Source of the DNA: an uncultured Cytophagales bacterium
GTDB taxonomy: Bacteria; Bacteroidota; Bacteroidia; Cytophagales; Spirosomataceae
Length of the DNA: 64,000 nt
NCBI GenBank assembly: GCA_964562455.1
Contig: CAZLTN010000010.1
Span: 7,464 to 71,463, forward strand
Direction of reading: 5' to 3'
In this document: in pieces, positions 28,720 through 38,349 of the stretch
Layout of the letters: each line of letters starts with the position of its first letter
Position numbering within the stretch: the first letter of the stretch is position 1
Translations under genes and position numbers: made by a program
Notes under the pieces: generated by a model
What the model was told of the DNA's origin: nothing
What the model saw: only the letters and a program-made list of their open reading frames with translations
The model's database searches: none

Positions 28720-31700
28720 ATGTATAAACCTACCTATTTTACTTTCCTGGTTATGACAGCGCTGCTGCTCCTGGGCTGCAGCACAAGCAGGAAAGCACCC
28801 GATTCCCGGGCTTCTTCCGTCGAAGCACGGCGAGCGGAAGTGCTGTTTCTCGGGCATAAAAGCAAGCACCACGATTCATACAAGTATGCACCGTGGCTTT
28901 CTATCAAATTGTTCAGGAGCGGCGTCAATATGACCTATGCGAGCGATCTCAGCGCCATTACCGACGAGAACCTGGGCAAGTACGACGGACTGATCATTTA
29001 TGCCAACTATAACGAGCTTCCGAAAGACAAAGAAGCTGTTTTACAACGCTTTGTAGAAAAAGGAAAAGGACTTATCCCATTGCACTCCGCAAGTGGCTGC
29101 TTCCGCGATTCGGAGTGGTACATCCGGACGATAGGAGGCGCTTTTGAATCGCACAAAACAGGTACTTTCAAAAATACAATTGTCAATGGCGCCCACCCGG
29201 TTATGACCGGAATCGGCGAATTTGAAACGTGGGATGAAACTTACGTGCACAAAAATCTCAATCCCGATATAACCGTGCTCGGCGAACGTATCGACGGGGA
29301 GCATCATGAACCCTATACCTGGGTACGTACGGAAGGGAAATCAAGAATATTTTATACCGCTTACGGCCATGAAGATAAAACCTGGACGAATATCGGCTTC
29401 TTAAACCTGGTAAGAAACGGGGTGCTATGGGCGCTCGGCGAACGGGTACAGCAACAGATCAAAGCGCTTAACCTACCGGATGTCGACATTTACGATGCCG
29501 ACACCATTGCGTCTTATACCAGCCGGCACCTGGTACCCAAAATACAGGATGCTTTGACACCCCGCGAGTCGATGAAGCTGACACAGATACCGGCCGGCTT
29601 CGATATACGGCTTTTCGCCTCCGAGCCCGATATTACCAACCCGATCGCAATGGCCTGGGACGAGCGTGGCAGGCTTTGGATCGTCGAGTCGGTCGACTAC
29701 CCCAATACCTTCAAGGAAACCGACGGCGCCTCTAACGACAGGATCAAAATCTGCGAGGACACCAACGGGGACGGTCTTGCAGACAAATTCACCGTATTTG
29801 CCGACAACCTGAATATCCCTACCAGCATAGCTTTCTCCAACGGCGGCGTCATTGTTTCGATGGCGCCCGATTTTCTATTCCTGAAGGATACCGATGGAGA
29901 CGACGTAGCCGATATACGCCAGACCATCATGACGGGCTGGAGCAAGTTCGATACCCATGCCGGGCCCTCCAATCTTCAATACGGATTTGATAACAAAATA
30001 TGGGGAGTAACGGGCTATTCCGGGTTCCAGGGTAAAATCAACGGTAAGAAAAGCCATTTTCCGCAGGGCATATATCATTTCAGTCCGGATGGCAGCAATT
30101 TTGAATTCCTTGCAAATACGAGCAACAACACCTGGGGGCTCGGTTTTTCGGAAGATAACAACGTCTTTATTTCCACCGCCAATAACACCCACAGCGCCTA
30201 CTACTCTATGCCGGCAAAAAATGCCCAGAGAATACCCTCTGGCGATAAACCCGGTATTTTACCCGTTCAGAAAATAGACGGGCACTACGACGCCCATCCG
30301 CTTACGCCCAATTTCCGGCAGGTAGATGTAGTCGGCGGATTTACTTCGGCAGCCGGCCATCATCTGTATACAGCCCGCGACTTTCCGAAAGAATACTGGA
30401 ACCGGGTCGCCTTTATATGCGAACCCACTATTAGGCTTATTCACAATGCGATAATAGAAAAAGACGGGGCGGGCTTCAGGGAGTCTGACGGATGGAACAT
30501 GGCTGCGAGCTCTGACGAATGGTTCGGACCTGTGCAGGCAACAGTCGGCCCGGACGGGGCTCTCTGGATAGCCGACTGGTATAATTTTATTATACAGCAC
30601 AATGTTTTCGTTCCCAGGCAGGCTCCCTCCGAGTTTGTACTGCCTTTTATTGAGCAGCCGCACGGGCAGGGCAATGCCTTTATAAGCCCCCTGAGGGATA
30701 TTAACCACGGCCGTATCTACAGGATCACCCCAAAAAATACTATAGGAACTCCTGCCCCCAAACTCGACAAAAACGACATCAGCGGACTGGTTGCTGCGCT
30801 CAGACACACCAATATGTTCTGGCGCATGACTGCCCAAAGGCTCCTTGTAGAAGGTAAAAATAAAAATGCCGCACCCGGCCTTTTCGAAATCATCAACGAC
30901 AGATCTGTGGACGAAGTCGGCCTGAATAGTCCCGCTGTGCACGCCGTATGGACGCTCCACGGGCTGGGCATTCTCGACGGCAGTAACCCTGAGGCGCTGG
31001 AAACAGTCATGCGGGCGCTCTCCCACCCTGCTCCGGGAGTCAGGAAGGCGGCAGTTACTGTGCTTTCACATGCCGGCCGCAGCTTCGACGAAATACTCAA
31101 AGCCGGCCTGATTAACGATCCGGATCTTAATACCCGTCTGGCTGTTTTCAATGCACTGGCCACGTTTGAGCCAAACGAACTGATCGGCAAGGCCGTTTTC
31201 GACGCCGCACAAAACACGGAGAACGAGCGGGACAAATGGCTGTCCAAATCGCTTGGAATTGCCGCTATCCATCATGAAAAAGGATTCAGGAAGGCCGCTG
31301 ACGGCAATCATGGTAACTTTACGAAAGAAATCCTCGCAATGCTGGACCAGGAGTCTTACGCCGTGGGTCGCAGGGTCAACCTGCCGTTTTCACCCGATGT
31401 CGCCCATAAGGAGATCGTGCTCAGCACTACCCTCAGCCCTTCCGAAAAAGGTGAACTGGAAGGGTTCGTTGCGGGACAAGGCAACGCTTCCGACGGATAT
31501 GCATTATTTGTAGAAGACGGGAAAGTCAACTGGGTCGTCAACCAGCACGGCCATACTGTAAAGATTCAGTCTTCAGGCCCTTTAACTAATCCTGCCAACA
31601 TCCGGGCATTCCTCAAAGCAGGCGGTGAAATCGGGCTTTTCGTTAATGGAAAGAATGAAGGAGAAGCAAGAGTACACGCCCTGTTCACCAGTCCGCTTGA

Positions 31701-32244
31701 GCCCGGCCTCAGATCGGGAGAAGACTATGACGATAGCGATAGAATTGCTTCTTACGGCGGAAGGTTCCCTTTTAAAGGTAATGTTCAGAACACAAAAGTA
31801 TCGCTGAACAGACCCTCTGCAAGAGAAAGTACAGTTGCCCCTGGTAGCGGAACCGCTTCCGCTTCAGGCAATGCGATCAGGATTTCCGTTATTCCCGACA
31901 TGATGCAGTACGACAAAAAACTTATCACAGTGAAGGCAGGTGAAAAAGTAACGCTGTTTTTCGATAATCCCGACGGCATGCCGCATAACCTGCTTATTAT
32001 TAAACCTGGAGCACTTGAAAAGGTTGGAAATGCGGCAGATAACATGCTGCGCGATCCGAAAGCGGCAGAAAAACATTACGTCCCCAACATCCCTGACGTG
32101 CTTCATTCTACCAGGTTACTGAATACCGGGGAAAGCATCAGCCTGGAATTTACGGCACCGGCCGCACCGGGCGACTATCCTTATGTATGCACCTTTCCCG
32201 GCCATTGGCGGGGTATGAACGGAATTCTGAGGGTAGTGAAGTAG
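28720..32244 (+). CDS. Multidomain dehydrogenase-like lipoprotein: ThuA + PVC-type propeller + HEAT-like + LamG-like + blue-copper domain
   Basis: Lipobox LLGC; ThuA (LHSAS, WDETY, YTAYGH); FASEPDITNPIAMAWDERGRLW, EDTNGDGLADK, GPDGALWIADWY, HGRIYR; C-terminal MPHN...CTFPGH...M; no CxxCH. Confidence 0.85.
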   Translation: MYKPTYFTFLVMTALLLLGCSTSRKAPDSRASSVEARRAEVLFLGHKSKHHDSYKYAPWLSIKLFRSGVNMTYASDLSAITDENLGKYDGLIIYANYNELPKDKEAVLQRFVEKGKGLIPLHSASGCFRDSEWYIRTIGGAFESHKTGTFKNTIVNGAHPVMTGIGEFETWDETYVHKNLNPDITVLGERIDGEHHEPYTWVRTEGKSRIFYTAYGHEDKTWTNIGFLNLVRNGVLWALGERVQQQIKALNLPDVDIYDADTIASYTSRHLVPKIQDALTPRESMKLTQIPAGFDIRLFASEPDITNPIAMAWDERGRLWIVESVDYPNTFKETDGASNDRIKICEDTNGDGLADKFTVFADNLNIPTSIAFSNGGVIVSMAPDFLFLKDTDGDDVADIRQTIMTGWSKFDTHAGPSNLQYGFDNKIWGVTGYSGFQGKINGKKSHFPQGIYHFSPDGSNFEFLANTSNNTWGLGFSEDNNVFISTANNTHSAYYSMPAKNAQRIPSGDKPGILPVQKIDGHYDAHPLTPNFRQVDVVGGFTSAAGHHLYTARDFPKEYWNRVAFICEPTIRLIHNAIIEKDGAGFRESDGWNMAASSDEWFGPVQATVGPDGALWIADWYNFIIQHNVFVPRQAPSEFVLPFIEQPHGQGNAFISPLRDINHGRIYRITPKNTIGTPAPKLDKNDISGLVAALRHTNMFWRMTAQRLLVEGKNKNAAPGLFEIINDRSVDEVGLNSPAVHAVWTLHGLGILDGSNPEALETVMRALSHPAPGVRKAAVTVLSHAGRSFDEILKAGLINDPDLNTRLAVFNALATFEPNELIGKAVFDAAQNTENERDKWLSKSLGIAAIHHEKGFRKAADGNHGNFTKEILAMLDQESYAVGRRVNLPFSPDVAHKEIVLSTTLSPSEKGELEGFVAGQGNASDGYALFVEDGKVNWVVNQHGHTVKIQSSGPLTNPANIRAFLKAGGEIGLFVNGKNEGEARVHALFTSPLEPGLRSGEDYDDSDRIASYGGRFPFKGNVQNTKVSLNRPSARESTVAPGSGTASASGNAIRISVIPDMMQYDKKLITVKAGEKVTLFFDNPDGMPHNLLIIKPGALEKVGNAADNMLRDPKAAEKHYVPNIPDVLHSTRLLNTGESISLEFTAPAAPGDYPYVCTFPGHWRGMNGILRVVK

Positions 32245-32280
32245 CGACCGGAAATCAGAAGCCGAATTAATAAATCATCA

Positions 32281-32351
32281 TCACATCGTCACATCATCAC
32301 ATCGTCACATCATCACATCATCACATCATCACATCATCACATCATCACATC
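32281..32351 (+). repeat. 8-bp tandem repeat (TCACATCR)x9
   Basis: Read directly; intergenic, ends 15 bp before the next ATG. Confidence 0.95.
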
Positions 32352-32366
32352 CTTTAAACAATTCGC

Positions 32367-33113
32367 ATGAACCCAACGCTCAAATCCACTTTTAAATACC
32401 TGCTGTCGTACTGCTTCTTATTCCTCGCAGTTACTGCAGCGGTTCCGGCAGCGGCCAAAGATCCTTCAAAAAAAACCATCCTGGCACTCATGGTGGGCGG
32501 TGGAGCTTCCCATGATTTTAACAGGTGGTACAAGGACGAGGACGTCAGGACCCTGGAGGCCCATGGGTTTGCCCGGGTCGTCTACACGGATCAGCCTTCC
32601 GATATACTGAAACACCTGGCAGGTATCGATGTACTGATCCTCAGTAATAACCAGCCGATCCCCGATGCGGAGACCAGGAAGGCTATTTTTGATTTTCTTG
32701 AGCAGGGAAAAGGAGTTGTTTTGCTCCATGCTGCCGTATGGTATAACTGGAAGGATTGGCCGGAATATAACAGGACAATCGTCGGCGGCGGCTCAAACGG
32801 GCACGACAAATACGGCCCTTTTGAACTAAAGATCACCAATAAAAAACATCCGGTTACGAAGGGAGTTCCTGAAAGGTTTACTTTATCGGACGAGCTTTAC
32901 TATCATAAAATCGATCCGCAGGGAGCGAAAGTGAATGTCCTGGCGGTTGCGCAAATGCCCGGCAAGGAAGAATCCTATCCGAACATATTTACCGTTGAGC
33001 ACGCAAAAGGAAGGATTGCGGGAATAGCACTCGGTCACGATGCAGCTTCGCATGAGCTCCCTGCCTATCAAACCCTGTTAAGAAACGCGGTCAGATGGGC
33101 CGCCTCCCGCTAA
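32367..33113 (+). CDS. ThuA domain-containing exported protein
   Basis: Signal peptide; SHDF, GKGVVLLHAA, HPVTKG, DELY, ALGHD, NAVRWA. Confidence 0.88.
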   Translation: MNPTLKSTFKYLLSYCFLFLAVTAAVPAAAKDPSKKTILALMVGGGASHDFNRWYKDEDVRTLEAHGFARVVYTDQPSDILKHLAGIDVLILSNNQPIPDAETRKAIFDFLEQGKGVVLLHAAVWYNWKDWPEYNRTIVGGGSNGHDKYGPFELKITNKKHPVTKGVPERFTLSDELYYHKIDPQGAKVNVLAVAQMPGKEESYPNIFTVEHAKGRIAGIALGHDAASHELPAYQTLLRNAVRWAASR

Positions 33114-33139
33114 CCAGTCCTGAAAGGGCATCATACCCT

Positions 33140-33197
33140 AGCTCCGCAGGGGCTCCATGTACATAACCCGGGGTAAGCGCAGCGCAGCCCGGAGATC
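33140..33197. repeat. Dispersed REP-like element, copy 1
   Basis: AGCTCCGCAGGGGCT hairpin plus a 27-bp GGGTAAGCGCAGCGCAGCCCGGAGATC (33171-33197) identical to 49610-49636. Confidence 0.85.
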
Positions 33198-33218
33198 ACC
33201 ACCTAATTAATAAAGAAT

Positions 33219-34337
33219 ATGCCCCAAAAGAAAATCACAGTAGTCATCGTAGGCATGGGCTTCGGAAAAGAATTTATCCCGATTTACCAGAGCCACCCGA
33301 ACATCAAAGCTGTAGGCATCTGCACGAGAAACAAACAAACCAGGGACGAACTTGCTTCCAGGTATAATCTTGACCCCAACCTGGTGTTTGAGCATTTTGA
33401 CGACGTTCCCGGTCGGGCTGATGTAGATGCGATCCACGTCGTAACCCCGGTCCCGGAGCATGCAAAAATGACGCTTGCCTCCCTCAATGCCAATAAGCAC
33501 ACCGCCTGTACGATCCCGATGGCTATGACCGTAGAAGACTGCAGGGCTATCGTGGATGCAAAGCGCCGGTCCGGAAAAGTTTATATGATGATGGAAACGG
33601 CGCTCTATACCCGTGAGTTCCTGTATGGACTTAACCTTGCCGAGACCGGCCAGTTAGGAAAGATACAGTTCGTCCGTGGCTCTCATATCCAGGATATGAG
33701 CATGGAAGGATGGGCCGAATACTGGAAGGGCTACCCACCGATGCTGAACGGCACACACGCCATCTCTCCGCTTCTCCGCATCAACAATACAATAGCGGAA
33801 ACTGTGGTGTGTCACGGTTCCGGGCGGCTTTCCGAAGATCTGGCAGGCAGGTATGGTTCTCCCTTCGCCGTGGAAACTGCCACTTTCACCCTAAAGGACT
33901 CGGATGTGGTAGCCGAAGCCACCCGGTCCCTTTTTGACGTGGTCCGCCAGTACCGCGAAAGCTACGACGTGTATGGTACTAAGATGTCGTTCGAATGGGA
34001 GCAGCTACAGGACGAGCAGCACATAGTATTCGACGGCGGAGAAAATGCCTGTCGTATCGATGTCCCGGACACAGACGATCTCCTGATAGACCCGATCAAG
34101 CATTTTACGAAACGGGAAAAAATCGACGATCCGAACCACGTTTCGTTCCTGCAGGGAGCAGGCCATGGCGGTTCTCATCCGCACCTGGTACAGGAGTTTG
34201 TAGCAGCTATTGTCGAAGGTCGCGACTCGGCTGTCGACGCAGCTTTGGCAGCCAACTACACCTGCGCCGGCATCTGTGCTCATGAGTCGGCCATGAAAGG
34301 GGGTATCAGGATTAACATTCCTGATTTCAGCGAGTGA
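33219..34337 (+). CDS. Gfo/Idh/MocA oxidoreductase, GH109-related subgroup
   Basis: IVGMGFG, VTPVPEH, ACTIP, YMMMET, GHGGSH; no signal peptide. Confidence 0.88.
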   Translation: MPQKKITVVIVGMGFGKEFIPIYQSHPNIKAVGICTRNKQTRDELASRYNLDPNLVFEHFDDVPGRADVDAIHVVTPVPEHAKMTLASLNANKHTACTIPMAMTVEDCRAIVDAKRRSGKVYMMMETALYTREFLYGLNLAETGQLGKIQFVRGSHIQDMSMEGWAEYWKGYPPMLNGTHAISPLLRINNTIAETVVCHGSGRLSEDLAGRYGSPFAVETATFTLKDSDVVAEATRSLFDVVRQYRESYDVYGTKMSFEWEQLQDEQHIVFDGGENACRIDVPDTDDLLIDPIKHFTKREKIDDPNHVSFLQGAGHGGSHPHLVQEFVAAIVEGRDSAVDAALAANYTCAGICAHESAMKGGIRINIPDFSE

Positions 34338-34384
34338 TATAAATGGGCTGTGTTTATCGTGCTGAACAAAAATCTTCGATCCTG

Positions 34385-35425
34385 ATGAATTTATCGAAAA
34401 TAGCCGTTATCGTGATGCTGGTGCCGCTGCAGGAGCTGGATGCTCAGCACCAGGCTTCTTCGGACAAATTTATCAACCCCGTATTTGAGCCTGTCCTTGC
34501 CGATCCTACTGTTGTAAAAGGTGACGACGGCTGGTTTTACGCCTACGGTACCCAGGACGACTGGGGCGATGGAAAAGGCAGTCGCCTCATCCCGGTGGTT
34601 AAGTCCAGGGACCTTACCGGTTGGATATACGTGCGTGATGCGTTTGATAACAAGCCTTCCTGGAAACCAAAAGGAGGTATCTGGGCCCCGGATGTTGTTA
34701 AAGTCAACGGGCGGTATCACATGTACTACGCTTTCTCTACATGGGGCGACACAGACCCTGGTATCGGCCTGGCCATCGCAGATAAGCCGGAAGGGCCGTT
34801 TACCGATCAGGGCAAGCTTTTTCTCAGCTCTGAAATAGGCGTTCCTAATTCTATCGATCCGTTCTTTTATGAAGAAAAAGGCAAAAAATACCTCTTCTGG
34901 GGGAGCTACAGCAATGCTTCCGTACAGGGCACTTTCGCGGTCAGGCTGTCGCCCGATGGCAAATCCATAACAGATCTGACCCGGAAATATAAAATCGCTG
35001 CCGGCGATTTTGAAGCTGTGGTCATTCACAAGCGGGGAAAATTTTATTACTTCATAGGATCAAAAGAAAACTGCTGCAACGGTGCAGACAGCAAGTACCA
35101 CCTGAGAATCGGGCGCTCTAAAAATCTTCTTGGACCATATCTCGATAAAGAGGGCCGTCCGCTGACAGACAGGGGTTCCGGGACAGTCATTCTCAGCGGG
35201 AACGACACCTACGCCGGTCCGGGACATAACTCCCGCCTGGTTACAGACTCCGACGGAACCGACTGGACGTTGTACCATGCGATTCTTAAATCGAACCCGA
35301 AGGTCCCGAGCGGCGCTAACCGTCGGGTATTGATGCTGGACAGTATTATCTGGAAAGACGGGTGGCCCGAAATAACGGGCGGCACCGTGAATACAGAGAC
35401 ACAATCAAAACCTGTATTCAGGTAA
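34385..35425 (+). CDS. Glycoside hydrolase family 43 (arabinanase-like clade)
   Basis: ADP, WAPD, SIDP, FEA, GPGHN motifs of the five-bladed propeller; signal peptide. Start at MNLSK. Confidence 0.9.
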   Translation: MNLSKIAVIVMLVPLQELDAQHQASSDKFINPVFEPVLADPTVVKGDDGWFYAYGTQDDWGDGKGSRLIPVVKSRDLTGWIYVRDAFDNKPSWKPKGGIWAPDVVKVNGRYHMYYAFSTWGDTDPGIGLAIADKPEGPFTDQGKLFLSSEIGVPNSIDPFFYEEKGKKYLFWGSYSNASVQGTFAVRLSPDGKSITDLTRKYKIAAGDFEAVVIHKRGKFYYFIGSKENCCNGADSKYHLRIGRSKNLLGPYLDKEGRPLTDRGSGTVILSGNDTYAGPGHNSRLVTDSDGTDWTLYHAILKSNPKVPSGANRRVLMLDSIIWKDGWPEITGGTVNTETQSKPVFR

Positions 35426-35439
35426 ACAGCAGCGGTTAC

Positions 35440-35508
35440 TCAACTTTCAACTTTCAACTTTCAACTCTCAACTCTCAACTTTCAACTCTCAACTTTCAAC
35501 TTTCAACT
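35440..35508 (+). repeat. 7-bp tandem repeat (TCAACTY)x10
   Basis: Read directly; intergenic, ends 12 bp before ATG 35521. Confidence 0.95.
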
Positions 35509-35520
35509 ATTTTAACCCCC

Positions 35521-36681
35521 ATGAAAGCAACAAAAATCCTGATCCTGGCTATACTGAGCGTTTTTTTTCTCAGTTGCTCGACCGGAACAAAAAAAGAAGA
35601 AACTTCAAAAGACACAGCCCCGGCAGTTACCGAAAGAGAAAAATGGACTACCGAAAAGGCCAATGAATGGTATGACAAGCAGCCCTGGCTGGTCGGCTGT
35701 AATTTCCTTCCCAGCACTGCAAGCAATCAACTGGAAATGTGGCAGGCCGAGACCTTCGACACTACTACCATCAGCCGGGAGCTGGGCTGGGCCGCCGGCC
35801 TGGGCATGAATACCGTCAGGGTTTACCTGCACGACCTGCTTTTTGAACAGGATTCAGCCGGATTTTATAAGCGGATGGACACATTTCTCGATATTGCCGC
35901 TTCACACGGCATAAGACCTTTGTTTGTCCTGTTCGATTCTGTCTGGGACCCGTTCCCTAAGCTGGGCGCACAGCGTACACCAACTCCCCATGTCCATAAT
36001 GCAGGCTGGATACAAAGCCCGGGTAAGGAGGCATTACTCGACAGCACGCAGCATCCTCGATTTCAAAGCTATGTCCGCGGCGTCATAGGCCGCTTCGCCA
36101 ATGACAGCAGGATATTGGGTTGGGATATCTGGAATGAGCCGGAGAACCCCAATAAAAGCGCATACGGCGACGTCGAAATCCCGGATAAGGCACAAGTGGT
36201 GCTTCCGCTTCTGAAAGATGCGTTTAAAGCCGCCCGCTCCGTCAATCCTTCCCAGCCCCTGACTGCCGGTGTCTGGCGCGACGACTGGTCGGAAGAGAGT
36301 AAGCTTACACCCATCAACAAGCTTATGCTTGACGAATCTGACGTAATCTCCTTCCATTCTTACGACGACCCGAAGGAATTCGAAAAGAGAGTAAGTTGGC
36401 TGACGCCTCTCGGGCGGCCGTTGATTTGTACGGAATACATGGCGCGGGGAAATAAGAGTACCTTCGAAAGCACGCTTCCTGTCGCGAAAAAATATCGTGT
36501 AGCAGCCTATAACTGGGGGCTGGTCGATGGCAGATCACAGACCATTTATCCCTGGGACAGTTGGAAAAAGAAATACACCGGCGAGCCTGAGCTCTGGTTC
36601 CATGATATATTCCGCAAGGACGGGACGCCCTACAAGGTTTCTGAGACAGAATTTATCAAAAAGATAATTTCCGAAAAATAA
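35521..36681 (+). CDS. Glycoside hydrolase family 5 lipoprotein (resembles subfamily 13)
   Basis: Lipobox FLSC; NQLEMWQ, NTVRVYLH, WDIWNEP (acid/base), CTEYMARG (nucleophile), YNWG. Confidence 0.85.
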   Translation: MKATKILILAILSVFFLSCSTGTKKEETSKDTAPAVTEREKWTTEKANEWYDKQPWLVGCNFLPSTASNQLEMWQAETFDTTTISRELGWAAGLGMNTVRVYLHDLLFEQDSAGFYKRMDTFLDIAASHGIRPLFVLFDSVWDPFPKLGAQRTPTPHVHNAGWIQSPGKEALLDSTQHPRFQSYVRGVIGRFANDSRILGWDIWNEPENPNKSAYGDVEIPDKAQVVLPLLKDAFKAARSVNPSQPLTAGVWRDDWSEESKLTPINKLMLDESDVISFHSYDDPKEFEKRVSWLTPLGRPLICTEYMARGNKSTFESTLPVAKKYRVAAYNWGLVDGRSQTIYPWDSWKKKYTGEPELWFHDIFRKDGTPYKVSETEFIKKIISEK

Positions 36682-36690
36682 CCACGAAGA

Positions 36691-36748
36691 CTCAAAGGAC
36701 ACAGAGATTTCGCTGAGATAAACTATGCGCTACTCTGCGTCCTTTGAG
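36691..36748. terminator. Inverted repeat between convergent genes
   Basis: CTCAAAGGACACAGAG (36691-36706) / CTCTGCGTCCTTTGAG (36733-36748); 1 mismatch, 26-nt loop. Confidence 0.5.
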
Positions 36749-36755
36749 GTAAATC

Positions 36756-37400
36756 CTATCTTTCCAAAACCACATGATCCGGGTCGATACTCCGGTATTT
36801 CAGTTCCTGGCGGATCAGTTTCAGGCGCCTGCGATACCGGTTTCCCTTGACAGTCAGTGCTATGCCGCTTCCCATTACGAGCGCGGCAACGGGGAACGCC
36901 ACCAGATAGGTATTTGCGGCCGACTCCTCGCCCGGGAAAAAGGCATATACCATCGCCGCCACAGTCCCGACGGCAACCAGCTGCCCTCCTATTATCATCA
37001 ACGGCACTCCTATACCGATATTCCTCCCCGCAACTGTTCTGTGTTGGTCAAAATCCCTAATTAAGTCGGGGACAGGCACACTTTGAAGCTCTCTCTGGTA
37101 AGCTTCCAAAGTCGGGCTCTTGTGCCGATTCTCAAAGCGGCTTACCTCTCCGTTTTCAAACTTCAGAGAATCGATCCGGCCTGACGAAATCCGGAAAACC
37201 GGTCCGGGATAATAGTCCTCCCTGTAAAATCCGACGGTATCCCGGCTTTCAGACAACACCCTGACATCCAGGGCTACGCCATTCTTAAGATACATGACTG
37301 CCTGCCTCGGAACCGGCAACTGCCCGGATGCCCAGGTCGTAAAGTACAGTATCAGGCCAGTTGACCATACCATTTTAATGAAAGTAGCACGAATAACCAT
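36756..37400 (-). CDS. Hypothetical exported protein with two C-terminal TM helices (paralog 1)
   Basis: Signal-like N-terminus, YLKNG beta domain, two hydrophobic helices. Confidence 0.75.
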   Translation of the reverse strand: MVIRATFIKMVWSTGLILYFTTWASGQLPVPRQAVMYLKNGVALDVRVLSESRDTVGFYREDYYPGPVFRISSGRIDSLKFENGEVSRFENRHKSPTLEAYQRELQSVPVPDLIRDFDQHRTVAGRNIGIGVPLMIIGGQLVAVGTVAAMVYAFFPGEESAANTYLVAFPVAALVMGSGIALTVKGNRYRRRLKLIRQELKYRSIDPDHVVLER

Positions 37401-37430
37401 AAACGAGAACGGGCTTACTGAAACGAAAAT

Positions 37431-38102
37431 CTATTTTAGCAAAGGGTGCAGTGAATCGGGCGTATCAAAAGCTGGGTCTACCCCGCGCCGCTCCAGCTCC
37501 GAATTAATGGAAAGTACACGATTCTTTCTTGCGGCTCCCTGCGCTATTTTGAATACCCCAAGCAGGCCGATTCCCACACCCAGGGGAATGGTTATCCTGG
37601 TCCTTTTAGCCTCGCCATAATTGCCGTCCCTGACAAAACCCTCTATTGCCAATACCGATCCAACCATAGCGGCAAGTATTCCCAGGCCGAGGTCCGCTTT
37701 CCGCTTCTTTAAAAGCTCCGGGCGGGTATCCATCAAAAAGGGCACGGATGCCGTTTGTATTCGTCTTTCAAATACATTTTTACCCTCGTATGCAATTTTT
37801 GTCCCGATGTCCTCTACCAGGCTATTGCCGTAAACAATCTTCAGCAAACCCTTTTTCATAATCTTGTATTCCCTGCCATCGGGAAGTCGCTGATCTTCCA
37901 TGAGTACGCGGTTTTCATCAACCTCCAGGATCTTGCCGGTCAATACGACACCGGTCCGCAGGAACACCGAGTCGGTCCGGGGCAAATCCTGAGCAGCAAG
38001 CAAGGCAGGAAAAAAACCAATACAGGCCGCTATCGCTTTAAACCTGTCCGGGAGCAGCTTCTTAATCGAAAAGTGTAGCGTCTCTACGATAATTTTTAAC
38101 AT
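37431..38102 (-). CDS. Hypothetical exported protein with two C-terminal TM helices (paralog 2)
   Basis: Same architecture (FLRTG..., ELERRGVDP vs ELKYRSIDP). Confidence 0.75.
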   Translation of the reverse strand: MLKIIVETLHFSIKKLLPDRFKAIAACIGFFPALLAAQDLPRTDSVFLRTGVVLTGKILEVDENRVLMEDQRLPDGREYKIMKKGLLKIVYGNSLVEDIGTKIAYEGKNVFERRIQTASVPFLMDTRPELLKKRKADLGLGILAAMVGSVLAIEGFVRDGNYGEAKRTRITIPLGVGIGLLGVFKIAQGAARKNRVLSINSELERRGVDPAFDTPDSLHPLLK

Positions 38103-38349
38103 CAATCTCTAATCCGGGTAAAACATACATCACAGGCGGAACACAAATATCGTTCAATTCCCTGGAAAAATTTTCCGTTATTCAGACCTGGTTTAGAGAG
38201 CACATACTCCCCTAAAAGGTTGGAATCCTGCGGTTCTCCACCGATCAAATCGTAAGGCCAGCCTCTTTTATCCAATATATTTTTTTAATTTTACAAAGAC
38301 TAACACTCGAATATGGTACAAGAATATAGCAATTTTGTAAACAAAAAGA

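Noticed and set aside
32281..35508. The two tandem arrays (32281-32351 and 35440-35508) as CRISPR arrays
   Set aside because: Units are 7-8 bp with no unique spacers, and there are no cas genes in the window.
35362..35520. N-terminal extension of GH5 (STFNFQLSTLNSQL...)
   Set aside because: It is only the translation of the 7-bp repeat and overlaps GH43; the lipoprotein signal starts at ATG 35521.
38106..38349. Riboswitch or sRNA in this intergenic region (also 1128-1546 and 15781-16047)
   Set aside because: I could not recognise any conserved RNA motif by eye; a covariance-model search would be needed.
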